Of a stretch of DNA of 42,734 nt, positions 1-9,859 are shown one piece after another (positions within the stretch are counted from its first letter, which is position 1; the number at the start of each line of letters is the position of its first letter). The DNA comes from Octopus bimaculoides (Eukaryota): positions 60,188,905 through 60,231,638 of the forward strand of contig NC_068992.1 in NCBI RefSeq assembly GCF_001194135.2, written 5' to 3'. Below the pieces are notes generated by a model. The model did no database searches. It saw only the letters and a list, made by a program, of their open reading frames with translations, and was not told where the DNA came from. The translations under genes were made by a program, and so were the position numbers.

Positions 1-103
1 TATTCTATCGGGATCTCTTGCCGAACCGCTAAGTGATGGGGACGTAAACACACCAGCATCGGTTGTCAAGCGATGTTGGGGGGACAAACACAGACACACA
101 AAC
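1..103 (-). mobile_element. SINE family C/D, 3' body fragment
   Basis: Reverse complement matches the + copy at 32365-32455 (GTCCCCCAACATCGCTTGACAACCGATGCTGGTGTGTTTACGTCCC...AGCGGTTCGGC...CGATAGAA). Truncated by the window edge. Confidence 0.85.
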
Positions 104-209
104 ATATACACACATACATACATACATACATACATATATACATGCATGCATACACACACACACACATACACATGCACACACACACACACACACACATGCA
201 CACACACAC

Positions 210-244
<35 letters not shown>

Positions 245-711
245 NNNNNNNNNNNNNNNNNNNNNNNNNNNNNNNNNNNNNNNNNNNNNNNNNNNNNNNN
301 NNNNNNNNNNNNNNNNNNNNNNNNNNNNNNNNNNNNNNNNNNNNNNNNNNNNNNNNNNNNNNNNNNNNNNNNNNNNNNNNNNNNNNNNNNNNNNNNNNNN
401 NNNNNNNNNNNNNNNNNNNNNNNNNNNNNNNNNNNNNNNNNNNNNNNNNNNNNNNNNNNNNNNNNNNNNNNNNNNNNNNNNNNNNNNNNNNNNNNNNNNN
501 NNNNNNNNNNNNNNNNNNNNNNNNNNNNNNNNNNNNNNNNNNNNNNNNNNNNNNNNNNNNNNNNNNNNNNNNNNNNNNNNNNNNNNNNNNNNNNNNNNNN
601 NNNNNNNNNNNNNNNNNNNNNNNNNNNNNNNNNNNNNNNNNNNNNNNNNNNNNNNNNNNNNNNNNNNNNNNNNNNNNNNNNNNNNNNNNNNNNNNNNNNN
701 NNNNTATTATA

Positions 712-754
<43 letters not shown>
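104..754. repeat. (CATA)n/(CA)n, then gap 245-704, then (ATT)n microsatellite
   Basis: Read directly from the sequence. Confidence 0.95.
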
Positions 755-755
<1 letters not shown>

Positions 756-1040
756 CGGTTACGCTCGGCTGATGTGATTTCCATTTCGTTGAGTTTTTGC
801 CTTGTAAATACAATAACAGCTTTTGAAATCTGAACACTTCTACAATGCAATCGAACTGAAGAGCGTAAAATTGTGGGGGGGGGGACGCGCACACGCAGAC
901 ACGCACACGCGCACGCACCCACGAACGAACGCACCTGCGCGCTAACACACACACACCATATCCCCCCGCCACACACACACGTGTGTGTGCGTGTATGAGG
1001 GTGCGGTGATATCGCCGAAGAAGCGAGCAGTATTTTTGTT

Positions 1041-1130
1041 GTGAGTACTGGAGAATTCAACGTTCGGACTTCTATCAACCTCTCCTTGAAGAAGAACTCT
1101 GCCCGAAACGTCGAATCTTTTACTGCTCAC
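1041..1130 (+). ncRNA. Degenerate hammerhead-like motif inside an imperfect hairpin (Penelope-type)
   Basis: TTGAAGA (1086-1092), A-GAAC-TCT-GCCC (decayed stem II), GAAA (1105-1108), CGT-C. Upstream TTCAACGTTCGGAC is an inverted copy of GCCCGAAACGTCGAA. Confidence 0.45.
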
Positions 1131-1170
1131 TGGAAGTTTACTGTGTTCTTTTTTGTGCCAGTTCGCTAGA

Positions 1171-1470
1171 TTTGCTAGAAAGAGCAACCAAATCTGTCTC
1201 AGATCAATGCTTATCCTCTTAAGAACAAGAGAAGAACAAAATATTCTCTGAGTAGCATGGCTTACTTCGATAGGAGGTTAGCTTTGCTAGAAAGAGCAGC
1301 CAAATCTATCTCAGTTCATTGTTTAATTTTTGAAGAAAGAAGGAAGGTCCACTGGATAATGATTTTCAAAACAGGTACAACGCTTGGAAATAGACAAGGT
1401 AGTCACCAATGGAGTGTCTTTGATCTTGAGGCTACGACTTAACAGTTATAGCACTGAGGACGTTTAATGT
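1171..1470. repeat. Dispersed repeat family F/G with a 32-bp direct duplication
   Basis: TTTGCTAGAAAGAGCARCCAAATCTRTCTCAG at 1171-1202 and 1283-1314 (2 mismatches). The reverse complement resembles 27600-27780 and 25325-25520. Confidence 0.6.
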
Positions 1471-1712
1471 GGTCGTCCAATGTGCTGGAAATAACAACCC
1501 CTTACTGTCTCAAAAATAGCTGGACTTTGTGTAAGGTACTGGAAATTATGTATGCTAATGCATACATGCGCACAAACATAAATACATACATAAGCACACA
1601 CCCACACGCGCCACATACATATGCATGTACGTGTATACAAACACACACACTGAAGCACATATGTACAGATGTGTATACTTATCCACACTTCTGCCAAGAT
1701 ATTCAAACACTA

Positions 1713-1927
1713 AGGCAGAGGATTGGCAGAATCGTTAACATGCCGGACAAAATGCTTATCGGCATTTCGTCTGTCTTTACATTCTGGGCTCAAATTCCGC
1801 CGTGGTCGCTCTTTGCCCTTCCTCTTTTCTGAGTCAATGTTATAAGTACCGTTGGAACGTTGGGATCGATGCGATCGACTTACCACTCGCCTCCTAAATA
1901 GCTGGTCTTTTGCCAAAATTTGAAACC
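1713..1927 (+). mobile_element. SINE family B (tRNA-like head TGGCAGAATCGTTA, B-box GTTCAAATTCC)
   Basis: Aligns by eye with the copies at 11554-11770 and with the reverse complements of 2281-2483 and 4726-4947. Confidence 0.85.
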
Positions 1928-2075
1928 TATATAAGCAAACACTAATGAACGCATACTCGCAAACTCACATCGCTCTCTGTCTCTCTCCCACACCAAGACA
2001 AACACCTGGATTTGTCTATCTGAGTATTATGTGCTTTTATACAGAAAGCATTATGCACGTATAGCACATTGGTGA

Positions 2076-2114
<39 letters not shown>

Positions 2115-2280
2115 GAGAGACAGGAGTAAGAGAGAGGGAGAAAGTGAGAGAGACATTGGAAGTTAAGTGAAAGAGAGAAAGAAAAAGAGAAAAAAAGAAT
2201 CAATAGAGTGCAAGGGGAGTCGCAGAGTAAATCGATTGAGAGGAGATATACTTATAGATAGGTTGTGATCACTATATTCT

Positions 2281-2483
2281 TTTCTATTCTAGGCGCAAGG
2301 CCGGAAATTATGGGGGAGTGGGGCAGTCGATAAAATCGACCCCAGTACGCAACTGGTACTTAATTTATCGGCCCCGAAAGGATGAGAAGCAAAGCAGACC
2401 TCGGCGGAATTTGAACTCAGAACGTAAAGACAGACGAAATGCCGCTAAGCATTTCTCCTGGCATCTGACGTTTCTGCCAGCTT
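2281..2483 (-). mobile_element. SINE family B
   Basis: CCTCGGCGGAATTTGAACTCAGAACG...CGCTAAGCATTTC...CTGCCAGCT is the reverse complement of the family B head. Confidence 0.9.
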
Positions 2484-2609
2484 GACACCTAAAGAATCAA
2501 TATGTTGATATATAGATAGAGATAGCTAGATAGCCAAGAGAATACACACGCACACACAAATATATACATACTTATATATGTACTTATATATATATATATA
2601 TATATATAT

Positions 2610-2734
2610 GGGAGAATATACAAAAAATAACAACAGACGAGGACAGGTGGTGTAAATAACAAAAGTATATATTAGTATGACGCTCGGGAATACGGAAAGT
2701 CTTTGACGTTTCGAGCTACGCTCTTCAACAGAAA
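2610..2734 (-). mobile_element. Hammerhead-bearing repeat family H1 (Penelope pLTR-like)
   Basis: Minus strand reads TTT-CTGTTGA-A-GAGC-GTA-GCTC-GAAA-CGT-C-AAAG. Flanks are homologous to 3786-3990 and 8110-8280. Confidence 0.65.
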
Positions 2735-2928
2735 TATATATATATATATATATATAAAAAAATTAATATTAAATTTTTCACACTTATTATTTAAATTTAT
2801 TTANNNNNNNNNNNNNNNNNNNNNNNNNNNNNNNATCAATTTAAAACCAGTAGCCTAGCATATTGAAAAAATCTGAAGATTCAGGAAAATTATATTACAT
2901 ACATATATATATACATATATATATATAC

Positions 2929-2939
<11 letters not shown>

Positions 2940-2960
<21 letters not shown>

Positions 2961-3108
2961 GAAGAAGAAGAAGAAGAAGAAGAAGAAGAAGAAGAAGAAG
3001 AAGAAGAAGAAGAAGAAGAAGAAGGAGAAGAAGAAGAAGAAGAAGAAGAAGAAGAAGAAGAAGAAGAAGAAGAAGAAGAAGAAGAAGAAGAAGAAGAAGA
3101 ACAAGAAG
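2940..3108. repeat. (GA)n changing to (GAA)n microsatellite
   Basis: Read directly; it explains the poly-S/L/F ORFs. Confidence 0.95.
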
Positions 3109-3324
3109 ACCAAGTCTCATTGCAGCAGATATAATTGGGAATGGTAGGAGGTGAGATATATACGAGGGAGTGGGAAGCACATAAAACGAAACTTTTCATT
3201 AAGTGACTCTTTAGATGTAAGATGGAGGCATAAGGCGGTGAGTTTTGTGTGTCTGTGTGTGCGACATACTTATTCTCTACATGTGTGTACGTGTATACAT
3301 CTGTGTCCATCTAGCCGGACCATC

Positions 3325-3620
3325 TGTCTGTCTGTCTGTCTACTGGCCTGCCTGTCTGCCTGTCTGTCTGCCTAACTGTCTGACTATGCCTGGCTGTCTG
3401 GCCGTGTATGTGTGTCTGTCTGCCTAATTGTCTGTGTGTCAGCCTGACTGCCTTTGTATGGCTCTGTGTGTGTGTGTGTGTGTGTGTGTATTTGTCTGTG
3501 TATCTGTCTGTTTCTGACTGTCCGGACCATTTATCTGCCTCTACCTGTCTGTCTGCCTGCCTAACTACCTGCCTGAGTGTGTGTGTGTGTCTGTGTGTAT
3601 GTGTGTCTGCCTGTCTGTTT
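3325..3620. repeat. Degenerate (CTGT)n/(GT)n tract
   Basis: Read directly from the sequence. Confidence 0.85.
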
Positions 3621-3735
3621 GTATGAATATATGTATGCATATATATGTGCTTGTATGAACGTTTGCATACCTGAATGTATAGGAAAACATCCACAAAACG
3701 GTTTTGTCAGCTTTCTTAAGAACGAACCAAAGCAA

Positions 3736-3781
<46 letters not shown>

Positions 3782-3785
3782 ATAG

Positions 3786-3990
3786 AGTCTAAATTTACAG
3801 AAAACAGTAGACGAACACAGGTGAAGGAACAACAGGCTGGTGTATTAGTGTAACGCTTGCGATGAATGGAAAAGTCTTCGACGTTTCGAGCCTTCGACGT
3901 TTCGAGCCTTCGACAAAAAGGATTAAAAGGAAAAAAACAGAGAAAAAAAATGTGTAGGGATTAACGGGTCAACATGAGGAAAAAAGCCCG
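3786..3990 (-). mobile_element. Hammerhead-bearing repeat family H1 with a 16-bp internal tandem duplication
   Basis: Reverse complement aligns to 8110-8280. CTTCGACGTTTCGAGC occurs at 3876-3891 and 3892-3907. Confidence 0.65.
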
Positions 3991-4076
3991 TCCTTTATAT
4001 ATCTCTCTCTCTATATATATATATGTGCGTGTGTGTGTGTGTGTGTGTCTGTGTGTGTGTCTGTGTGTGTATAATA

Positions 4077-4352
4077 GACGACGTATGAGGGTTGGTAAAT
4101 TTTTTGCCGAACAACCACACAAATGATTTCTTTATAATGATCAGATGTTTGTGCGGCACATTAGCTCATTCCCTCCATCAAATCGACATTACCTGTACAT
4201 GTGCACCATGTGTCACACGCCAGGTGACGAAATGATAGCAGAGCAATGTGAAATGAAGTGCTTTGCTCAAGAACACAACGCAACGCCCGTTCTAGGAATC
4301 GAACCCACGGTCTCGCAATCGTGAGTGCAACACTCTAACCACTAAGCCATAC

Positions 4353-4358
<6 letters not shown>
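4077..4358 (-). mobile_element. tRNA-derived SINE with CORE-like domain (family A head, alternative tail)
   Basis: Minus strand has A-box TGGCTTAGTGG and B-box GGTTCGATTCC, then TTGTGTTCTTGAGCAAAGCACTT, which resembles the CORE domain. The head is shared with 40707 and 41705. Confidence 0.85.
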
Positions 4359-4407
<49 letters not shown>

Positions 4408-4411
4408 ACAC

Positions 4412-5397
4412 CACACACATGACAGAAGTAAATAGACACCCCATAAAACATTGTTTTATGCTTATTTCAACTTGAAAAGGTTTATTTTTTTTTATTAATG
4501 GCCATTTTCATGTTTCAGGCTCTGTGTGTGACTGTTTAATCATGCCACGTACAAAAAGAAAGCTTGTAACTATCCAAATTTCAAAGAGGCCGTATTGTGG
4601 GTCAATTTGAAGGTGGGAAAACCTTGGGATCCCGCTTTCTACAGATTGCTGCCAATAATGAAACAAAGCAGCTACTCTGTGAGGGTCTGGGGAGCATGAT
4701 GGAAACATAAACTCGGATAAATATGCTATTTATTTATTGCCCACAAGGGGCTGAATATAGAGTGGACAAACAAAGACAGACAAAGGGATTAAGTCGATTA
4801 CATTGACCCCAGTGCGTACTTATTTAATCGACCTCGAAAGGATGAAAGGCAAAGTCAACCTCGGCGGAATTTGAACTCAACGGAGCGGCAGACGAAATAC
4901 CGCTAAGCATTTCGCCCGGTGTGTTAACGATTCTGCCAGCTGGCCCTCTCGGATAAATATGGGTCCATGTTGCAGAAAGGAGTCCTTCCAATCTTTTCCA
5001 GTGGTGAAATGATTAACGATGGTGCCCCTTGTTACCTTGCTAAAAATACCCAAGATTTGTTGGAAACGAATGGCATTAAAAAAACCTTCATGGCCAAGGC
5101 AGTCACCAGACATGAACCCTATTGAACACCTCTGGGTCATAATGGACAGGACACTTCATAAAAGGAACAAGAAAAAATCCTCAAAGCCAGATCTTTTGAG
5201 ATTACTTCATGAAACTTGGCAAGAAATCCTCCAAGGGAACATTCGTCATCTGATCAGTAGCATGTCTTATCGGATCCTTGCATTGAAAAATGCAAAGGCC
5301 ATGTCTACCAAATATTAGATATTCACATTATAATAATTAGTAAATAATTTGAATATAGAATTTCAGATTTAAATAAATTTGAATGATTTACTTCTGT

Positions 5398-5407
<10 letters not shown>
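4412..5407 (+). mobile_element. Tc1-family DNA transposon, internally deleted and frameshifted (DD34E)
   Basis: Perfect 22-bp TIRs (CACACACATGACAGAAGTAAAT) at 4412-4433 and 5386-5407. Peptides: MPRTK..RGRIVGQFEGGK, SVRVWGA, and DGAPCY (D at 5018) to WPRQSPDMNPIEHLW...AKAMSTKY* (stop 5318). Removing one A from the A7 run at 5078-5084 gives exact D34E spacing. Confidence 0.92.
4726..4947 (-). mobile_element. SINE family B inserted into the Tc1 transposase, with a 14-bp TSD
   Basis: CTCGGATAAATATG is duplicated at 4712-4725 and 4948-4961, flanking a near-complete family B copy. Confidence 0.92.
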
Positions 5408-5445
<38 letters not shown>

Positions 5446-5477
5446 GTATATATCTGTGTGTGTTTTTGTGTTTGTGT

Positions 5478-5670
5478 TTGTGTTTGTCGCCCCCCTCATC
5501 ACCCCTTGACAACAGGTGTTAGTGTATTTACGTCCCCGGAATAGAATAAATACTAGGCTTCAGAAATAAGTCCCGGGGCCGATTTGTTTGACTAAAACCC
5601 TTCGAGGCGATGTTCCAGCATGGCTGCAGTCAAACGACTGAAACAAGTAAAAGAATAAAAGAAAAAGAAC
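5478..5670 (+). mobile_element. SINE family C/D 3' body, internally deleted
   Basis: Matches 32365-32565 (CTTGACAAC..., TACTAGGCTT, CCAGCATGGC, GACTGAAACAAGTAAAAGA). Confidence 0.8.
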
Positions 5671-6002
5671 ATATATGTAAATATACATGTATACATGTGT
5701 GTGTGAGTGTTTGTGCGAGTGTATGTGTGCGCGTGTGTGTCTGCGCACGTGTGTATATATTCGCGTGCGTGTGTTTATGTGCGTATGCATGTGTGTATGT
5801 ATGTATGTATGGATTGGTTGGTGTCAGGAATCTTCTCAAACTTATTTGTTATTTCTCCTGAAGCGTCTCCTAATTACAGTTGGGGCACGTATTGAAAATG
5901 TTTGTTGCTTTCAATGTCGTAATAAGAGCATAATGCGACTGAGAGGTGTCAAGCGTCTCAGAATTCCTTTTTATAAGCAAACGTTTAAATAACACACACA
6001 CA

Positions 6003-6070
<68 letters not shown>

Positions 6071-6206
6071 NNNNNNNNNNNNNNNNNNNNNNNNNNNNNN
6101 NNNNNNNNNNNNNNNNNNNNNNNNNNNNNNNNNNNNNNNNNNNNNNNNNNNNNNNNNNNNNNNNNNNNNNNNNNNNNNNNNNNNNNNNNNNNNNNNNNNN
6201 NNNNNN

Positions 6207-6278
<72 letters not shown>

Positions 6279-6586
6279 GAACTTTAGAAATTGGCGACAT
6301 ACATTTTAAAAATAAATTTTTCGCGACTCGCTAATTAGGTTTCGTTAGTGATACGAAATTAACGAAATAAATAAACAATTAAATGTCATATCACGTGTGA
6401 GCCGTCACGTGTGTAATTTTACGTTGTGCTTTTACATCTCAAGTATATTACACAGTCAAAGATTGGTAAAAATTTGATCAGATTTGACATAATTTGGCAG
6501 CACTCTTATAGAATAGCGGCGACATTATATGTCTAATAAAGTCTTTTGTACACGTAATCTCACGTACATATAGACACGCACGCACG

Positions 6587-6663
<77 letters not shown>

Positions 6664-6766
6664 GTATACTCTTATGTATGCATGTACATACATACTCTCA
6701 CATACATACGCTTATGTATGTACATATATATTTGCATATACATATATATACGTGTGAGTGTCCGTG

Positions 6767-6817
<51 letters not shown>

Positions 6818-7270
6818 TTGTCTGTATGTATATCAGAATCAACTGAGAACGGCCATGCACCAAAACCACCCACGGCATCGAGAAAGAGCTATCGATCTGT
6901 TAATCCTACCGGTGTTGGGAGTGGGTGATTTGTCCCGTGTTGAGTCGAATTAAGTAGTAGGCTCCACTCCTGATCATACATTTCCGTCAAAATTTTAAGT
7001 TTCTGTTTTGTAATCGTACTCTCGCCACCCACCCACCCAGGGACGGACTATGGTTTCCTACCGGGTCATCGAAGAGAGCGCTAGCGGAGCGCCAGTTGCT
7101 ATCCTTTACGGTATCTGATCGTCTTCTAACCTCTTGATTGAGGAAAAAGCTTTTGCCCCACACCGTCGCTGTAGTGCCTCCAACGACGACCAAGAATTTC
7201 ACCTCTTACGATGCAACAATATATACATACATACATACATATATACATACATATATATATATATATATTT

Positions 7271-7576
7271 GAAGAAAAGCAACAAAAATTCATTAGGTTA
7301 TAGCAGTACGTACGTTTCGTACAAACTTCATTTATTTATGTAGTGAGAACACTAGACTGTTGATTAACAGCCCAGTCAAGATGGTATTTTCTTCATCTCC
7401 TAGTCTTGTTTTTGCACACATCTACAATTTGACTTTCTAAAATGAACTTCCATTATGCGTCTGAGGAGTACATTTTCATTGCACATCTTAATGTGGTGTT
7501 TCACTACATAAATAAATGAAGTTTGTACGAAACGTACGTACTGCTATAACCTAATGAATTTTTGTTGCTTTTCTTC
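7271..7576 (+). mobile_element. 306-bp element with perfect 76-bp inverted repeats and a hammerhead-like motif
   Basis: 7271-7346 is the exact reverse complement of 7501-7576. CTGAGGA (7461-7467), GTACA...TGTAC, GAAA (7529-7532), CGTACGT-A. Confidence 0.8.
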
Positions 7577-7851
7577 TAATTTTATTCACCAAATCTCTTG
7601 ATTTTGTTTTTGGTTTTTACCCTATGAAATTCTGGTGCCTCAAACATTTTAAGTACCACATTTAATCTTTNNNNNNNNNNNNNNNNNNNNNNNNNNNNNN
7701 NNNNNNNNNNNNNNNNNNNNNNNNNNNNNNNNNNNNNNNNNNNNNNNNNNNNNNNNNNNNNNNNNNNNNNNNNNNNNNNNNNNNNNNNNNNNNNNNNNNN
7801 NNNNNNNNNNNNNNNNNNNNNNNNNNNNNNNNNNNNNNNNNNNNNNNNNNN

Positions 7852-8063
7852 AGGAAAGTCATTCTCTTTTAGTGCCTTATTATTTAACACACTCACCGCT
7901 TCAATTTCCATTCATTTTCTTTTTTTTTACTAAAATTGTCATTGCGCCTCATTGAAAAGGTTGCAAGACGCAACAAAAATTTTAGAAAAAATAAATAAGA
8001 GAAAATTGAACCGGTGAATGTGTGAAATAATACGGCACTAAAAGAGAATGACTCTCCTCAGAC
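7852..8063. repeat. Fold-back (near-palindromic) element
   Basis: 7852-7907 versus the reverse complement of 8003-8058 gives 51/56 identity, and weaker pairing continues towards the centre. The left end is cut by a gap. Confidence 0.85.
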
Positions 8064-8072
8064 ACAATAATA

Positions 8073-8109
<37 letters not shown>

Positions 8110-8280
8110 ACCGCGTTTTTCTTCATTCTCTCTCTATTTATTTCCTCGTAATCCTTTATGTCGAAGAGCTCAGGCTCGAAACGTAAAAGACTTTTCCATT
8201 TTCCCTGAGCGTCAAACTAATACACTTGCTTGTTGTTCCTACACCGATCTTCATCTTTGTTTTCTATAAACTTGAACTAC
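8110..8280 (+). mobile_element. Hammerhead-bearing repeat family H1
   Basis: CTTT (8154-57), ATGTCGA, A, GAGC-TCAG-GCTC, GAAA (8178-81), CGT-A, AAAG (8186-89). Confidence 0.65.
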
Positions 8281-8361
8281 ACAGACACACACACACGCAC
8301 ACACACACACACACACACGCACACACACACACACACACACGCACACACACACACACACATG

Positions 8362-8393
<32 letters not shown>

Positions 8394-8471
8394 CGCATAT
8401 ATACATACATGTGCATAGACACACAAGCACACACACACACATAATCTAATAAGATCAGTAAATTTAACACA

Positions 8472-8950
8472 GTAAGACGCACTTGTTTAGTCTCTAGCAT
8501 AAACACGGCTTGTATACAAAATACAGATGACTCGATAATTGATCAATAAAATTTATTAATCAGCGCATCAAATACGGTTCGCCCTCTATCGATATTAGAC
8601 AGAAAACTCTGACAGGATTACGGCAGACTATTTTAAACTTAGGCTAGAAGACATTTGGGATGTTATGTTTGACGTACCCGATAAACACTTGAAACAGCTG
8701 TAGTGCTCGTCTACTGTTTCCATCACTTTATTTATAGATTTGATTATCGCATTATAAGTAATATTTGTTGCTTTCGAAATGGAATTGTATAGCACCTGTT
8801 GTGTTATCGGAATTTTTTTTTCTAAACTAGATATTGGACGAATTGTATTAGATGCATTGTTTAATAAATTCTATCGATCAATTATCGAGTCATCTGCATT
8901 TTCTATACAGGCCACATGTTTATGTTAGAAACTAACCACATGTGTTCTAC
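8472..8950. mobile_element. MITE-like element with ~100-bp imperfect TIRs
   Basis: The inner 35 bp (8524-8558 vs 8862-8896) has 2 mismatches. Complementarity extends ~50 bp outward, so both flanking ORFs begin MFMLET, and ~17 bp inward. No TSD resolved. Confidence 0.75.
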
Positions 8951-8979
8951 CACGACCACTCGATTAATCCAACTACATT

Positions 8980-9046
<67 letters not shown>

Positions 9047-9154
9047 CATATATATGCACATCCATGTGTATGACTTTATGCATACGTTTATGTATGTATG
9101 TAAATATATATATACGTGCGTGTGTGTGTGTGTGTGTGTGTGCGTGTGTGTGTG

Positions 9155-9204
<50 letters not shown>

Positions 9205-9338
9205 CAGAAGCACACAACTAGCATACGCACTAAACGCTTATACACTTCTTTACAGAAATACAAAATGTGACACACACACGCACGCACCCACGCACACACA
9301 CACACACACACACACATACACCAAAAACATCTAGTCAT

Positions 9339-9390
9339 ATTAGTTTCACCTGATGATAGCACTTGTCGAAACTCGAGTCGCGAGACTCAT
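9339..9390 (+). ncRNA. Type I hammerhead-ribozyme-like motif (Penelope-type)
   Basis: Stem I 9339-9349/9380-9390 (9 of 11 paired), core CTGATGA 9350-9356, GAAA 9368-9371, palindromic stem III ACTCGAGT, site GTC at C9379, then AATAAA. Stem II is poor. Confidence 0.65.
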
Positions 9391-9537
9391 TTGTAATAAA
9401 AAATACACAAGCTTTATTCTCTGCAACATAGATTGAGCACTCTTTTCTCTTTCCATCGATATTAATAACGTACGCGTATGTGTGCGTGTACATATATATA
9501 TATACATACATTCATACATAATACATGCATGCATGCA

Positions 9538-9569
9538 TACATACATACATACATACATACACACATACA

Positions 9570-9615
<46 letters not shown>

Positions 9616-9652
9616 GTGTAGTAGTAGTAGTAGCAATAGCAGTAGTAGTAGT

Positions 9653-9735
<83 letters not shown>
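9538..9735. repeat. Compound microsatellite (CATA)n(ATCT)n(GTA)n(GCA)n(GTA)n
   Basis: Read directly from the sequence. Confidence 0.95.
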
Positions 9736-9736
<1 letters not shown>

Positions 9737-9859
9737 TTAGTCCCAGGGCAGGTCGTTAATGTTAGAACAGAGCGACAGTGATTGGTGTTCCATCTGTGGG
9801 CATGCAATGTACTTATATATTTGAAGGGCATCATCTTCCCATGCTTCACCTGTTTTTAT

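Noticed and set aside
4508-5140. Minus-strand ORFs 4508-4708 and 4877-5140
   Set aside because: They are antisense to the Tc1 transposase and SINE, with no independent support.
8691-8702. GAAACAGCTGTA as a complete hammerhead
   Set aside because: No CTGANGA core lies at a suitable distance upstream; it is noted only as a remnant.
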